A stretch of DNA of 60,202 nucleotides, filler included, from Asterionella formosa (GCA_002256025.1; 4 parts of 4 records of this genome joined end to end with filler, not necessarily neighbours in it), one strand, 5' to 3'; counted from the first letter of the whole stretch, positions 48,160-60,202 are shown. The notes: generated by a model from the letters alone, not told the origin. Program-made: numbers and translations.

Positions 48160-48578
48160 TTCAGCAAGCAACAAAGCCAACATCCATCATGACAAGTACA
48201 TTCATTAACAAAAATGAGTAATACCGCTAGACATCACTGAATGTTCGCATTTGGGAACACTACTTCAAATTGTAGGCACTAATATGAACGAGCCCACCAG
48301 TTCTCGATTGCCTTTTGGTTGATGTATAGTGTGGCTACTAATGAATATCTGGGATTACCTTCTCACATTCCAAATCAAAGCGAAGCGAACACCGGTATTT
48401 CATTTGACATGAATGTTGAATCACATCAATTCTTATCTTCTGAATTTCAGATCACTTTTTGAACAAACAACTGATTATCAAGAATCAAAGTAAGTTTCTA
48501 TGTTTCTGTTGCTCGAATCATGGATATACGCTGCTGTTCCTCACGCACGTAATTCATACGCACTTACATGGCATCAGA

Positions 48579-50342
48579 ATGAAGATTTACTTCGCACTTT
48601 CGTCCTCCATTGCCTTTTTGTTGACAGCCTCCTGTTCAAGGGCAAGAACCGGAGCTGACTCGGCACCGTTCGAGATTTTGGTCCACAAGAATGTCAGTGG
48701 TTGGGCGCCATTCGCGCTTCTTGCCACTCGGAACCGTGCAGGCCGAAACTCAACAGTGAACCCAGATGGTATCCACCTACGCAGGGCTGCTTTTAAAGAG
48801 TCCGGCTTAAAGATCAAGTGGTCAATTGAAGGTATAAATGGACGAGATACATCCATTGCGAACAATAACCTAAGGTATGAACCATCTGATCAGGGTCTCT
48901 GTGCTGGTAATGGATTTTTCATGCATACAGTGAACTGTGCAACCCAAGTGTACAATGCCAAGACTGGCAAGCCTCTCACTAATGTCATATCCACCAATGA
49001 GTTCTTTCATTTTCCACCTGAGTGGGATGATAAAACCAAGAGTTGGGGAAAGTATGCAACTGACCCAAGCTGTCATTATGACCCTGACACAGATCGATGG
49101 TTTCATGTAGTTGCACACATAGAAGTCAATCCTGTCACAAGAGATTTTACTGGCCCAAACTACCTGAACCTGGCTGTGAGCAAGAGTGGTGATCCCACAG
49201 GAAAGTGGGACATCTATCGAATCCCAGCTACAAATGATGGCACAGAAGGAACACCCAACCATCAATGTGATGCAGTGTTTTGTGTGGGTGATTTTCCACA
49301 ATTTGGCATGAACAAGGATGGAATTTTTATCACAACAAACGAGTATTCATTGTTTAACGAGCCTTTTTATGGGGCACAGGTGTATGCGATCTCTAAGCCA
49401 GACTTGGTTGATGGAAAAGATTCGATCACAGCTTACCTGTTTGACACACATGTTGATCCCTGGAAGCCAGTTGGAACAGAATATGGAGGAACTGTGTGGC
49501 CAGCAAAATCAGCAGGGACTCAATTTGATAAACACCAGAAAGGTACTCAATACTTTGTTAGTGGCAATGCAGAGTGGGATATCTCCTCAACACATATCAA
49601 TATTTGGGCCTTAACCAATACTCAGTCACTCCAGTCATCAACCCCTGCTTTGAAGCTCACAAATATTGCTGTCAAATCTCAATACTATGAGATTCCACCC
49701 CCATCTGTTCAGAAGGAAGGAAGCATCCCTTTGGGAAAGTCCAATTATAGTGCTACAAAGGCAGGCGCTATTGATACACTTGATGCAAGGATTCTTGATG
49801 TCCGTTTTGCAGATGGTAAGCTATGGGCTGTACTTTGTACAGGAACAACAGTGAGTAGACAGAAACAAGCTGGTGTTGCCTGGTTCATCCTTGTTCCATC
49901 AGTATCAAAGGCAGGTGTAACTGCCAAGATGTTGAAGCAGGGTGTTCTTGCTATGAAGGGTGAGAGTCTTGTGGTTCCAACAGTTGGGGTAACAACCAAT
50001 GGAAAAGGAATCATTGGGTTCACCAGAGTGGGTAAAAAGCTCTATCCCAGTCAAGGGTATGCTTCCATTGATGCTGTTTCTGGTGTAGGTCCTGTTTCCA
50101 TGTCGGCCATGGGGAATGCCCCTAATGATGGATATAAGGAATACCAAGAGCACAATGGGGTAATTCGTCCTCGTTGGGGAGATTATTCTGCAGCTGCAAT
50201 TGATGGCAAATATGTGTATATTGTCAATGGTTACATTGAGCAGGGAAAGTGCTCAGTAAAGGAGTTTATGGCAACTGAATGCAACAGAACACGCAGTTTT
50301 TGGGTGAATTGGAGTAGCAGGATCACCAAAACTAAATTGTAA
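48579..50342 (+). CDS. Secreted beta-rich protein of bacterial appearance (587 aa), function unknown
   Basis: Intronless. Signal peptide MKIYFALSSSIAFLLTASCSRA. Motifs EPSDQGLCAGNG, TDPSCHYDPDTDRWF, LAVSKSGDPTGKW, GDFPQFG, TTNEY and RWGDYSAA recall bacterial secreted hypothetical proteins. Confidence 0.85.
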   Translation: MKIYFALSSSIAFLLTASCSRARTGADSAPFEILVHKNVSGWAPFALLATRNRAGRNSTVNPDGIHLRRAAFKESGLKIKWSIEGINGRDTSIANNNLRYEPSDQGLCAGNGFFMHTVNCATQVYNAKTGKPLTNVISTNEFFHFPPEWDDKTKSWGKYATDPSCHYDPDTDRWFHVVAHIEVNPVTRDFTGPNYLNLAVSKSGDPTGKWDIYRIPATNDGTEGTPNHQCDAVFCVGDFPQFGMNKDGIFITTNEYSLFNEPFYGAQVYAISKPDLVDGKDSITAYLFDTHVDPWKPVGTEYGGTVWPAKSAGTQFDKHQKGTQYFVSGNAEWDISSTHINIWALTNTQSLQSSTPALKLTNIAVKSQYYEIPPPSVQKEGSIPLGKSNYSATKAGAIDTLDARILDVRFADGKLWAVLCTGTTVSRQKQAGVAWFILVPSVSKAGVTAKMLKQGVLAMKGESLVVPTVGVTTNGKGIIGFTRVGKKLYPSQGYASIDAVSGVGPVSMSAMGNAPNDGYKEYQEHNGVIRPRWGDYSAAAIDGKYVYIVNGYIEQGKCSVKEFMATECNRTRSFWVNWSSRITKTKL

Positions 50343-50664
50343 AGACAACATGGACAAAGCATATAGTGGTTAGTAGTACTTTGATATAGTTTTCACACTG
50401 CAGCGAACTCAAATCTGGGTTCTCTCTTTATATATTGTTTCGCTTATTCCTGGTACTATCTATGAACACCACTGCATGCTACTGCTGACCTCAACGTCCC
50501 TCACCATGTCCAAATCAGACACAATCTCTCTTGCCAACCCAACTCCTCACTCCCAAATGCCAACCATCTTCCCCTTTGCCAGCAATCAATCAGCGCAAGA
50601 ACCAACAAAATCAACCATGGCATCATTGAAAAAGACAAGAAAAAAACACAACCATCCTGCAGTG

Positions 50665-50771
50665 CTCCATATTTGCCCCTAAAATATTCCTTAAGAAATG
50701 ACATAAATTTGAGCCAAAAAATAACTTAGAAGTAACTGAATGGCAAAATGATAGCTGGAGCGGGAATTGCC
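50665..50771 (+). mobile_element. Isolated right terminus of the GGCAATTC family (copy C)
   Basis: CCATATTTGCCCCTAAA...TTAGAAGTAACTGAATGGCAAAATGATAGCTGGAGCGGGAATTGCC, homologous to 48058-48159. Confidence 0.8.
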
Positions 50772-53700
50772 GAAATCAGCAAGGGGTCTACTTAAGGAAT
50801 AAATTTTATATACTCTACTTGATTATAATATATCTAGTATTCACCTTGTTTTCGTTTTGTTGCCTAAAAGCTGACTCCAGCTCTTCACCTTTCACCATGC
50901 CGATCATCGTCCATCATGCCCAGTCTGAAGCGAAATCAGTTCAGTGATGACATCAGAAGCGATTTGTTGTCGAATGGATGTGGTTGGTTGTTGGATTGCT
51001 TGTCTTCTTGTGGGATTCATGTAGTTGCATTGTCCATAATTCTTTGGACAAACAATGATGTTGGTATATATCTTATGTTGGTGGCAAGGTTTTGCTCCGG
51101 TCATGTATTTGATGATGCTTAAATGACGGATATTCCAGTCATATAGCCTGCATATGTACTATGCATCTAAGCCGCGAAATACGCCACTTTTCGAAATTTC
51201 ATTTATGTAGGAGTGTTAATGATGGGGTACTTGACATGAATTAATGCCACTCTTCCCGTAAAAAAGGTTAATTTTAACGGTTTCATGTGAAGTTTTCACA
51301 ATGAACTTTGAACTCAAGACTGAATTAGTTGATGTTTCAAATAATTCATTTCAAAGTTCAACTAATATCCTGCTCTTGTGGCTAATTCATTTACTACACG
51401 CATCTTTATTTGTGAAATAGTAAGGATATTTGTGGTGTCTTATTTCATGCATGGACAATCTACAGTTTATAGTTGTGCACTTCATGTAAAATATATGAAC
51501 TATTATTGTTCGCATTGTCAATGTAAAATTGGCAAAGCAATGCCGACTCGAGAGAGTGTCCTTCAGCGCTCATCAGAAGCACTCATGCGACAATAGCTTA
51601 CCAAGTTAATTACTGGTGGTACAAGCACCCTGAGTGCGTGTTGTTGTCTTGCTGCGCTGTGTCGTGGCTCAGTTGTTCTAACCCCTTGGCGCTTCTTCCC
51701 CTCAAATACTCCATCCGTACTCACGATTGGTAGATTGATTATCACAGCAAGGCGGATTGCAGTCATCGGACGCACGCTTAGTCAAAGTGGCCCTGCTGCA
51801 GAATTCAAATCTTTCCATTCTCAAACCAGGTTACAACAACTTGGGCAACAAAGGTATGTTTCAATACATTGGCTGTTGGGATTTCAGCACACCACGCTTT
51901 GGGATCGTTGGATCTTGGATTCAGCCAAGTCGGCGATGATGGGATCAGATCATAGGAACGTGCTTTGTTTGGATCTGCCTTGCATACGCTCTACTTGGCA
52001 GGGAATCACATGCGGGAAGAAGGAGCCATGGCGTTGGCTGGTGGGATCAGGAGAGGGTGCGCTGTGACCAAACTTTATTTGACTGGAAACTGATTAGCTA
52101 GGACCAGATGGAGTGATTTCAGTAACAGAAGCCATTCTAGATGAACTGAGAAGGAGAAAAACGTCATATCGAGTCAGTGACACTCTGACACACAAGGGAT
52201 CCAAGAACTCTTTTTAGATGAAACAAGCATGGGACCAATGGGTTGCCATGTAGTAGTTGCTATAATGCTCTGAATGGCGCTGTACAAATCACACAGAATT
52301 GAGGAAAACACGAGTGAATTGGTTAACTCATCAGTTGATTGTTTTCAATATAAAATCCAGGCGTATTTTTTACTATATTAGGACGTGGCTAATGGTAGAT
52401 CATCCAGTGCATGTGCAATTAGGAGTAACTATTGGCTGTCTTCTCTCCCTCTTGTCATATTTGTTCAAGTCACACTTGTAGCCTCAGAAATTTGTCGAAA
52501 TTGTTCTTAGCAAGACTGCGCCAGATTTTTTCGTGTAGATTTTAGGTTCTGTTGGTACAAAGAGGAAGTCATGGCTGCACCAGGATTTTTGACCATCTGA
52601 ATTCATAAAAACACCATCATTCAACACCACTGTGAACAATTTATTTTCAACATGGGGACGACCCTTACAACTAGCATCCCCCTTCCATATTTTCAGCTGT
52701 CTTATTATAAACAATTCTTTTATCAGCTCACATATGGTTTGTTGCACCAACAAAAGGTGGAATGATGCAACATTGAGATCGTTCGCAGTGGATGTTTTTT
52801 AGGTAATTTTTTTCTTGCTATTTTTGCTATCATGTCACCAAGCGAGTGATAATTCATAATGATATGCTGCTATTCTCAACATTCATTGACATTTGAACAG
52901 ACCTTTCCAAAAAGGAGTGTTCTCTTGAAAGCAGGAGTGATCGAAGGTGAAATGATGCAATATGGAGACCCGCAATGGAAGATTTTACTAAGGTAAGCTT
53001 AATCCTCAGTTTTTGTCATCACATCAGCTAAGCGAGCGATAAATCACGTGGTTCTATCATTGTTCTCTTCATTTGTTTTACATTTTAGCCGTCCATTTCA
53101 CAACAGGAGCATTCTTTTGAATGCATCAGTGAGTTGCGGTGCTGCCTGGTGGCTAATGCCGGTGTCTTGCTTTCAATTTGACTGCTCCGTGAAACAGTTG
53201 AATAGCACATGTGTGTGTTGCTCTCTGCTGTTGCTAGTTCTATTAAATGAATTTCTGACACACTGTTGTTATGTGAATCTTAGCAGGTCAATGAAGAAGT
53301 CATTTCAAGGACAAGAAGGAAGCCAGTGTGATGCATTCCTGTTACAATTTCGCACCATGATGCCTCTTCAAGAATGAATAATTTTTTCATTCAGAATGAA
53401 CGGCTTCTGTTTGTCTTGTATTGTCCTTACAGACATCTCATAATGCCTGCCTTCTCAAGACTGAAGATGCCATTCTGAAAGAACTGCTTTGTTTGATTGC
53501 ATATCGAGATTTGTTTCCCATGTAATGTGAAATACCGGCAGTTGAATTAGAAATCAACATATTTGATTGTACTTTTAAAATACGAAAACAAATTTAATAC
53601 ATTACGTGAACATTATTATTAGGCAATGTGAACTAAATTACAGAATTAATTGAAGTATATCAAATAATTACGTGAAGTATATCAAATAATTATGTGAAGG

Positions 53701-55059
53701 TGATCACGTAATATAGTGATGATCAGGAATGCATGCATGATACTCTGATCAAATAATTAACGTGATGTATTCAGATAATATATGGATATATTCAAGTAAC
53801 CATTTTGATGTATTCAACTAATTCATGTGATCCATTCAAAATCAACTAGGCTTATTTACGTGATGGTCACTTCACGTAATACGTGGCATAGATGTGTGGC
53901 ACTAAAAACAACCATGCATGGTTTAAGCTAAACTTTAAAGCTTACTTTGAACACATTATAATATTATTGCTTTAGACTCAGTATTATCTTTACAAGAACA
54001 GAATGTTAAATTATATCGTTCACATATTGATTGATTTTACGTACTGTATGCCCGATTTCGTCCTCACAATTATAATTCTCACTCTATCCTGTTTGCCTTT
54101 GCTCTATTCGGGCTTGCAACAGGCAACGTTTGTCTTTCTTTAATCCCATTGTCTGCTGCTTGTTATGCTAGTTAGAGCGGATTGGTGAGTACAGCAGTGA
54201 AACAATGAATGTGGATTGTAGATCCTATCTATCGAATTTCCGATTTGATTGCTTCTGTTATTGTTTGTCGTTCCGCACTGTCATTTTGTTTCAATTCTTT
54301 ATATCTACATAAGAACCAATGTATTTATCAATGAATAAACTTTCAAGATTTATTGTGCCGTTGTTGATCTTATTTGTTGATTTGTATAGTCGTTGACAAT
54401 GATGTCGATATTGCCGCCAAGCAATGCTTTTCTTGTACTAACGCAATGTGCTACATTCTACTACGAGTTCATATCACAAGCTATGTATCAATATTCAGCT
54501 GGAGAGATTCGATTTTGCTGGAGCTGACTGGCGATCATATTCAATCAGAATGGATTGGAATGGAATGATGATCAGGGTTGTTTGGTGGGAGGAACGACTG
54601 TGGGCGGAAGGACTGCAACATGTGTCAGGCTAGTACTACAGCGATGTGCATGGTTGCAGCAACCAGATCATCTACGCTACATAACGATGCTCATTTCAGT
54701 TGGGTTCAGCTTTTTTCTTCTTATATGTTTTTTTTCGGTCTTCGATTGTGCGATGAAAAATCATTGTTGCCTGTATAAGTACTAAAATGCATGTGTCTCC
54801 ACTGAAACTCATTTTTTTCATTTTATTTCTATCCCAACAAAATATTTTCTATTTCTTATTTGACAATACTTATTTCATTATATAACTTACTTTGGTTGCT
54901 CCAAACATCATGTTCAATTTTCGTTGATATTCCATCTTACAATCATTCTTGTGTGTTTAACGCTTGTTTTGCCATTTATATTACCGTTATCCTGGCTGCC
55001 ATGCTAAAATCTGCATTTTCATTGGCGAAATAATCGATGCGCCCCCTCCAAATAAAAAC
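50772..55059 (+). mobile_element. GGCAATTC-family copy E, split into 50772-51159 and 53899-55059 by a nested insertion
   Basis: The two parts correspond to adjacent segments of copy B, meeting near 46910 (CATACGTAC|ATGGTACTGAAAACAACC). Confidence 0.85.
51160..53898. mobile_element. Nested 2.7-kb TIR element with TCACGTGA-like subterminal repeats
   Basis: Ends TATGCATCTAAGCCGCGAAATACG (51160-51183) and revcomp CACACATCTATGCCACGTATTACG (53875-53898), 17/24 identical. Many (T)ACGTGA/CATGTGA motifs at 51230-51500 and 53600-53885. Confidence 0.7.
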
Positions 55060-56192
55060 TATCATATATCCATGAAGCATCATAGGATTCTTGTGATCAC
55101 CTGATCATAATTTTTCGTTGTATCATCTAATAATTTTGATAAATGCCCTTGTAATTTAAATAGTAACCCTTTTGACTACATATATTTAATTTTTATATGT
55201 ATTGTTTCTATAAGATTCCTGTATTCGAATTTCTTGGGAGGATAATGTACCAGCTAAAATCATTTCCATCCATCATCACTCCGATTTTTGCAACAACAAC
55301 GAAATACTAGCGATGACAAGTGGAATGATTGTTTGCGATAACAACGTCTTCAATTGTTGGTCAAGTGATCATTATATCTTTGAGTAATAGTCATGTGCAG
55401 TGAACCTATGTTCATAATCATTCAATTGTTGAATTTGTCCGCATCTTTTTTACCATCAATAGAGCGACAAGTGGCTCTCTTCATTGTTGTTTTCTCTCGG
55501 AAAAGTCGGTGTCTGTGTCTTCCTCATCAATAGATGACAAGTGTCCTTCATCATTGCGGTTTGACGCTGGAAAAATTGGTACCCAAATCGTCATTCGCAC
55601 GTTGGAACGACTGTCCGTTGCCTCAATTGCTTAGCGTGTGTGTTTTTGCAGTGTCAACTTGTTTACATTATAGGATTGATTTAGCTTATAAAGTGCGTGT
55701 TATAATATCATACTCTGTAGTACGATGCAGAATACTAAAGTTCCCAATCATCTCATCATGATTGATAAGATGATAATTTGATATCACGATAGGGTTCCAT
55801 TGATGCATACATCACCAAAGTATGATACATATTATTGAATCAAGTATATCACATAGCTATGATGCATTGATCAAAGAACTATGATGTTTTCTTAAATGTT
55901 TATTATATAATTTTGATCAAAATATGATCATGTTAAAATAATACAATGATAATAAAAAACGATAAAATATGTACAAAAGTGTTATCAATACATCATAGAA
56001 AATAGATAAAAAGAAAATATTTGATCTGGTTCTTGAGAACCCAGAAAAGGGTAATGACAAACCTTTTTTTTACACCAAGGTGTTTGTCATCAACTTCATC
56101 ATGGCAGTAAATACTGTATGTGCTAATTGTTTTTTGCATAAGATCAGATGAGGAGGAAAACAATCATTTTGTGCATTTTCTTTTTGCTATAA

Positions 56193-57160
56193 ATGATGGA
56201 TTATGTCAAGTCCGTGATCCAGGAAAAGATGCAAGTTCGGATGAACATTATGATCGAGTATTTCACCTTGGCGTGTAAGTACCGGATCATTCCTGCATGC
56301 ACCAAACAATTGGAATTGCTATGCACCGATAGAGGATATCTTCCACAAGAGTCGCATACACCTGAAGAAATTGGTTTATCGGAATCTTTCTATACTGGCA
56401 CCAAAGCAAGGCGCCATTGCAGATCATTAAGGCCACTGAACATGATTCCATGTTATTTCAACCAGAAGATGATAGTGGATGGTCATGTGGACCATTTACA
56501 ATTGTGAAAGTATTGGAAACTCTATTGCAACTAGAAAGGAATGACAAAACCAAATTTCTTGGCAACCGGGCTCAATTCCATTTGGATACAGAGTCCTAGA
56601 AAGTTTTAAAACGTCAGGTGGAAGCAACTGATCAAACAGACGATTTTTTATCTGTTACATCTGACCCACTGACCAAGTCAACATACTTTCATCTTGGAAC
56701 AGTTTGGCCTCAAGTGACAACGACAAACATTCATGAGCATATGTTTCAGTTGGAAGTAACTGTTCTTCAATTTTGTATGGACAAATTTTTGAGCTCCTAC
56801 TTAGATTTTAAGATTTTAAACGAAGTATTTGGACAACTTCCATGAAATTCATCTTTCAAGAACGATGATGTTGTCAAGGTGAAATCCATGATCCAACAAA
56901 TGAATAAAAAAGTTGCTCCCTTCAAATGGTATAGTCATGCACCTCTTGGCCAAATTTCTGGATGCATCAAAATTGATAAAAAGTTGAAAAAAATTGTTAC
57001 TGATGATATGATAGCCCTTCTGGAATAAAAATTGAAAAAGTTTACAGAATCATATCGAACTGCAGTTGAAAAGTGGAGAAGAAAAATTTCGGACAAAACG
57101 AGAAGGACCATCTTATGTTCTTTGGGAGTGAAAAAGAACAAATAATTGACCATTGGAATC
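56193..57160 (+). pseudogene. Possible Ulp1/peptidase C48-like remnant
   Basis: Fragmented ORFs, including LFQPEDDSGWSCGPFTI, which resembles the Q...D..SCG.F catalytic-Cys box. Confidence 0.35.
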
Positions 57161-57349
57161 ATCCAATCTCATCATTCCTTAGGACATTGTAGTTTGTGAA
57201 AACCTTCTAATAACTTAACTAGTATGTGAAACTAAATTATCATTATTTTTTATACTTTTCTTGTGTATTTATCAACGTTCGCTTGTTAGTTTTTGGTCCC
57301 ACCCGATTGATTTCCATAAATGATGTGGAGGCACTCCATTACCAACCAT

Positions 57350-58600
57350 CCCTGAAATCACAAATTTTGATGTTCTCTTATGTATCACCAATGATCATTC
57401 CAATCTGGAAATAAAATTTTGTCATACAAAGACCATGAACCCAAATATCATTTGACTTGTTTGGATCGCTCTTCGAAAGGCGACAATAGAAATCCTGTAA
57501 TATAATGGTATAATTTGAGTCGACATAAGGACAAGTCGTTGCTCACCAGATAACTAATTATTCATTTGTTTCTCCAGATAACTGACTTCAATTTCTGGCA
57601 AAAGAGATACCAATTGCCATCCATCAACTTATTTTTCATTCCTTCCTTCCAACGTTAAGTTTAACATTGTCAACAAAAACGGATGCTCGGAATGTTTCAT
57701 TTGTTTATTAATAGGTGAACCATCACTGAAAACTGAAAAATGCTAGAGCAACAAATAAACACCCTGTCTTGACTTCAACACTCCATTTCTGATGCAGGAG
57801 AATTGTTGAATGCATTTTCAAACCAAGTCGCGCATGCGTTCTCCACAAATTATAAGTTTCATTTGTGGGTGACATACAAAATGTTGCATGATATCGGAGA
57901 TGGCTGTACTGGTTCGAAATAATGGAGTGTGCGTGGGATCATCATATTTGAATTGTTAACAATCTGTATTTGTTTGGTCAACAGTTGACCACCAGCTAAT
58001 GTTGGTGGAAATGAAATATCCATGCGTTTTTTTCAAAGTCTGGTAAGATGGAGCTTGATACCTTCCATCAAAATACTTCATTGCTTTGGCCTTGAACAGC
58101 CATTTCATTAGATGATCAAAGTAAACTGGTGGAAGGTAGGTAATTCTCGTTAAAGAAATAATATGAGTTCTAATTCGATTGCATGCGCGCATGTTTAGAG
58201 AATGTTTACTTGGAAGTTGAAATTGAGGAGGAAGGGGCATTTCCATTGCATTTTCAGGGAGAAAGCCGGCGTGATATTGAAAATCTGAATATTGCATCAT
58301 GGTTTCTGAATTCAATCCTTGGAGAGTTTTTAGACTCAATTGTTCGTCTTGTTGTGACTGAATATTGTTATAAACTGAATCGTCGCTGTCATCATGAAAT
58401 GGATGATTTTGGCCACTTGATTCAAGGAAAGTACACATAATCTCTTCATGTTGTCTACTCTCCCTAAATGCTGCAGCAGTTACAGTGCCATCATTAAATT
58501 CTTTCCTTGAATGATTCGATGAACTACCGCAATACATAGTTTCATTATGAACTGCAGGAACTCGATGTTCTTGCATGCAATGTCAACAGTGACCATATGC
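57350..58600 (-). pseudogene. Plavaka/CACTA-like (CMC) transposase pseudogene
   Basis: Manual minus-strand translation gives LPPVYFDHLMKW...APSYQTL, WFENAF, FSDGSPINKQMKHSEHPFLLTMLNL, GWQLVSLLPEI, LKLYHYI and IGMIIGDT*ENIKIC, in the motif order expected for Plavaka transposases. Many stops and frameshifts. Confidence 0.65.
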
Positions 58601-59947
58601 ATAGAAAACACGGTCGCTAAAATTTCGATTGTGAGACTCAGATGGGGATTTGTTCTTCCGAAATTTGTAGTGACACAGATAACACCATTGCAATGTCCGC
58701 ATTTCATTGCTAATTGCAAATGATGACAAAGTCAGGATATGAACAGGATAGAATGAAAATGAATTATGAATAATAAATTTAGCATCACTCTGATCATGCT
58801 GTGCTGGACAATCCAGAGTCGTGAAATTATCACTCCACCATAGTAGTAAAAATGGAGGTATACCGCTACATATAGTACAGGCGGCACTAATAGTATTAGT
58901 AGTATAGAGCAGCATCAATGTTTTCCTAACATCTATGATATGTTTTGTGCTTTGTAGAAGTCTTACACTAACTATGTTTATTATGTAACTACTAAGCATG
59001 CATTGGTTTCTATTAGATCCATTCAAAATCAATGTCGTCATCAATGTCCCGTTGATTAATGCATTCATTGTAATCAATATTCTTCTCAGGAACATTTGGT
59101 TGAAGTGGTTCAACGTATTGATTCATATCCTCTTCACTTACGTTGGGAAATGAGAAGTATGAGTGTGGGTAGATGATATTTGTTGTGGAAGTAGCAATTC
59201 CACTAGGATTCCTTCCATATTCAGATCGATTCTTTTGTGAAAGTCAAGTGTAGATTTCCTTATAATAACCGAGTAAATCGTTCATCAGTCCATTGATCAG
59301 TGAGACCATTTGAAACTGAACTTTCTTCCCTCACAATCTTTTTGATAAGTGGTTTCCCACCAATGTCGACAAAATCAGTAGAATGACGAATATCGTTCTC
59401 TGAAATTTCCTGCGTATCTGGATTGAAACCCAAATATTTTTGTTGCAATCGGAATTTTCCTTTCAGCACCAAGAAGCAAAAGGCTTCTGTACTGACATTG
59501 ATCAGCGAACCAACAAAACGTGATAGCAATTCACATTGTGCCCGAAGACTTAGTTGACATTTGGTCACACCAGATTTGTCTCCTGTTAAAAATGGTTCTC
59601 CACGGCTTGTCCTGCCTATAAAATACATTGGAGCAAGAGCATCACGCCAGACTTGGTATCCATGCTGGCTTCCCCTGTCAATGTCCTTTGACTGCGCAAG
59701 ACGATAAAGCGTCAACGCCCACCTAATAAAGTCATCTATAGCTATCCATAGTCTGGAAAATAGCTATATTCTGTTAGACCAGCTGGTATGTCATGAATTA
59801 TGTTAGCATTTTTAATTCAAATATATTTGATAAGAAAATAATCATCGACTCAAAACATCATGCTTTCAGAGAATCTCCTGGCCTGCAAGAACTTACCTAA
59901 GATTCCTTTAAATTGATTATTCAACACGTTCTGACATTCTCTCACCT

Positions 59948-60202
59948 TTTGCAACAGTCATGAAAATATGGTGTTCTATTTGTTTTTAGTTTTTCGATCA
60001 TACAATCCTAAAACTATGATGATTTACTGTCCCACTAAATTTGCAACAGTCATGAAAATATGGTGTTCTATTTGTTTTAAGTTTTTCGATCATACGATCC
60101 TAAAACTATGATGATTTACTGTCCCACTAAATTTGCAACAGTCATGAAAATATGGTGTTTTATTTGTTTTTAGTTTTTCGATCATACTATCCTAAAACTA
60201 TG
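59948..60202 (+). repeat. 92-bp tandem repeat (satellite), about 2.8 units, running off the end
   Basis: GCAACAGTCATGAAAATATGG recurs at 59951, 60043 and 60135. Confidence 0.95.

Noticed and set aside
59948..60202. Tandem repeat as a CRISPR array
   Set aside because: Units are contiguous 92-bp copies with no unique spacers, there are no cas genes, and the context is eukaryotic.

Overview
This is eukaryotic nuclear DNA, very likely from a diatom: short GT-AG introns, an ASAF-type plastid presequence, a PGRL1 homolog and diatom-style protein motifs. The window is not one locus. It is four unrelated, length-sorted contigs (15003, 14980, 14964 and 14955 bp) joined by artificial N44-TTAATTAATTAA-N44 linkers. 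Contig 1 is mostly dead transposons around one ARM-repeat gene: a CryptonS-type tyrosine-recombinase (YR) pseudogene carrying a tRNA-Ala-derived SINE with a 19-bp target-site duplication (TSD), a full-length PIF/Harbinger, a second Crypton-like YR remnant, and MITEs. Contig 2 starts with the 3' end of a young Ngaro-type YR retrotransposon, then housekeeping genes: DUF3593/Ycf49 fusion, CSN4, DUF1499, NSUN methyltransferase, a secreted protein, an expanded TEN1-like gene and RAD51. Contig 3 holds UBXN7-like, NASP-like and DCAF7-like genes plus MITEs. Contig 4 holds gene fragments, an intronless bacterial-looking secreted-protein gene among TIR elements, nested transposons, a Plavaka-like remnant and a 92-bp satellite. 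The most interesting signals are: (1) a pervasive TA>TACCGGTA micro-insertion signature, shown in aligned repeat copies and apparently inside a PGRL1 reading frame, matching the predicted excision footprint of the TA|CCGT...ACGG|TA elements in the same window; (2) the tRNA-derived SINE; (3) the candidate horizontally acquired gene; (4) a GGCAAT-ended transposon family whose termini stack back-to-back. Family assignments come from motif recognition by eye; no searches were run.
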